Source: Octopus bimaculoides (lineage: Eukaryota). From it: DNA of 64,000 nucleotides. The position numbers and the translations under genes were made by a program. The notes under the pieces were generated by a model. That model searched no databases. It was not told the origin of the DNA and worked only from the letters and a program-made list of their open reading frames with translations. Each line of letters begins with the position of its first letter. Position 1 is the stretch's first letter. The DNA lies in NCBI RefSeq assembly GCF_001194135.2, contig NC_069005.1:15076964-15140963 (forward strand), given 5' to 3'. Shown here one piece after another: positions 63,045-64,000 of this stretch.

Positions 63045-63197
63045 TTTTTGCTGGGCTACCTGGACAATTGCCCCATAACATTTGATGCATTGCTGGAACA
63101 TCTGAACAAGAGTGCAGAAGCAAACCAGAATTTAATAAATGATAAACAAGAGAGGAAAGTTTTGCTAGATTTATTCATGATCTGCGATGACAGCATG
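63045..63197 (+). CDS. EFCAB5: EFCAB5 coding exon 4 (153 bp); gene continues beyond the window
   Basis: Pyrimidine-rich acceptor ccattccattctttcag, donor gtaagt at 63198, phase 0/0: FLLGYLDNCPITFDALLEHLNKSAEANQNLINDKQERKVLLDLFMICDDSM. It resembles the recalled human segment FEELLKHLCHSA...ELFLHCD. Confidence 0.82.
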
Positions 63198-64000
63198 GTA
63201 AGTACCACCACTACCACCACTATCATCATCATTTAATGTCCATGTTCCATGCTGGCATAAGTTGGACAGTTTGACAGGATTTGATGAGTTCAAGGACTGC
63301 ATTGTGTTCCTCCATTGTCTGCTTTGACATGGATCCTACAACCAGATGCCCAGTGCCAACCACTTTACAACATGTACTTGGTGCCTTTTGCATATTATTG
63401 GTGTCATTGGCACTAGAGAGGTCACCTTGCAGTTTTGCAAGACTACAAAATCCAGCTTTGGTGGGGAGCAACATTTTTATAAGGAAGGATCTTCAGATGC
63501 TGGGTCTCACTGATGAAATGACAGGGGCCAGGAGATGTGGAAATTTGATGTATTTGATAAGACAATATCAAGCTAAGTAAAATCGCTGTCTTCCACACAT
63601 ACAGGGTTGTCCTTTCAGGTGTTGGTGCCACTTAAAATGCACACATGCCAGTGCTGCATAAATGCATCTGTGCCTGTGGCATGTGAAAAGCCCCCAGCAC
63701 TCTCTGTTAAGTGGTTGACATTAGGAAGGGCATCCAGCCATAGAAATCATGTCTCAACAGACCGCTGGAGTCAGGACAGCTCCTTGTCAAACCATGAAAC
63801 CCATGCCAGCATGGAAAGCAGACATTAAATGATGACGATGACAAGAGGTTAAAGTATAAAAGAAAGGAAGGAGGTAGGGAGGTGCAAGTTGGTTCTTGTA
63901 GAGGAACTACATTGTTACTCACCTTTAGGAGAGAAGGTGAGAAGGATCAGTTGGAACTGCAGGTCCAGGCTGCTCCTCAAGGTAAGAGATAAGCAGAAGT

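Overview
AT-rich, microsatellite- and transposon-dense animal genomic DNA with seven N-gaps. The SINE families, (CA/TA/GA/AAT)n load and host proteins suggest an Octopus (coleoid cephalopod) draft assembly; this is an inference. Two host genes are visible, head to head. The first is the 18-codon first coding exon of a Slingshot (SSH) phosphatase on the minus strand (4308-4361, MALVTIQRSPSPSNSPES|gtaagt), which the ORF track misses. The second is four frame-compatible coding exons of an EFCAB5 orthologue on the plus strand (42610-43073, 47294-47450, 57356-57481, 63045-63197), continuing past the window. From my recollection, human SSH2 and EFCAB5 are also a divergent pair, so this may be deep bilaterian microsynteny with a shared promoter. 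The rest is decayed mobile DNA: two Gypsy elements, RTE, R4/Dong-type, L1/Tx1 and Penelope retroelements, Tc1 and mariner/maT-like transposons, TTAA-flanked nested foldback MITEs, solo LTRs and several SINE families. There are also long inverted repeats, including a ~510-bp near-perfect palindrome in an EFCAB5 intron. I found no CRISPR, rRNA or true tRNA gene. Protein identities come from recalled motifs and need BLAST confirmation. Repeat boundaries are approximate unless termini are quoted.
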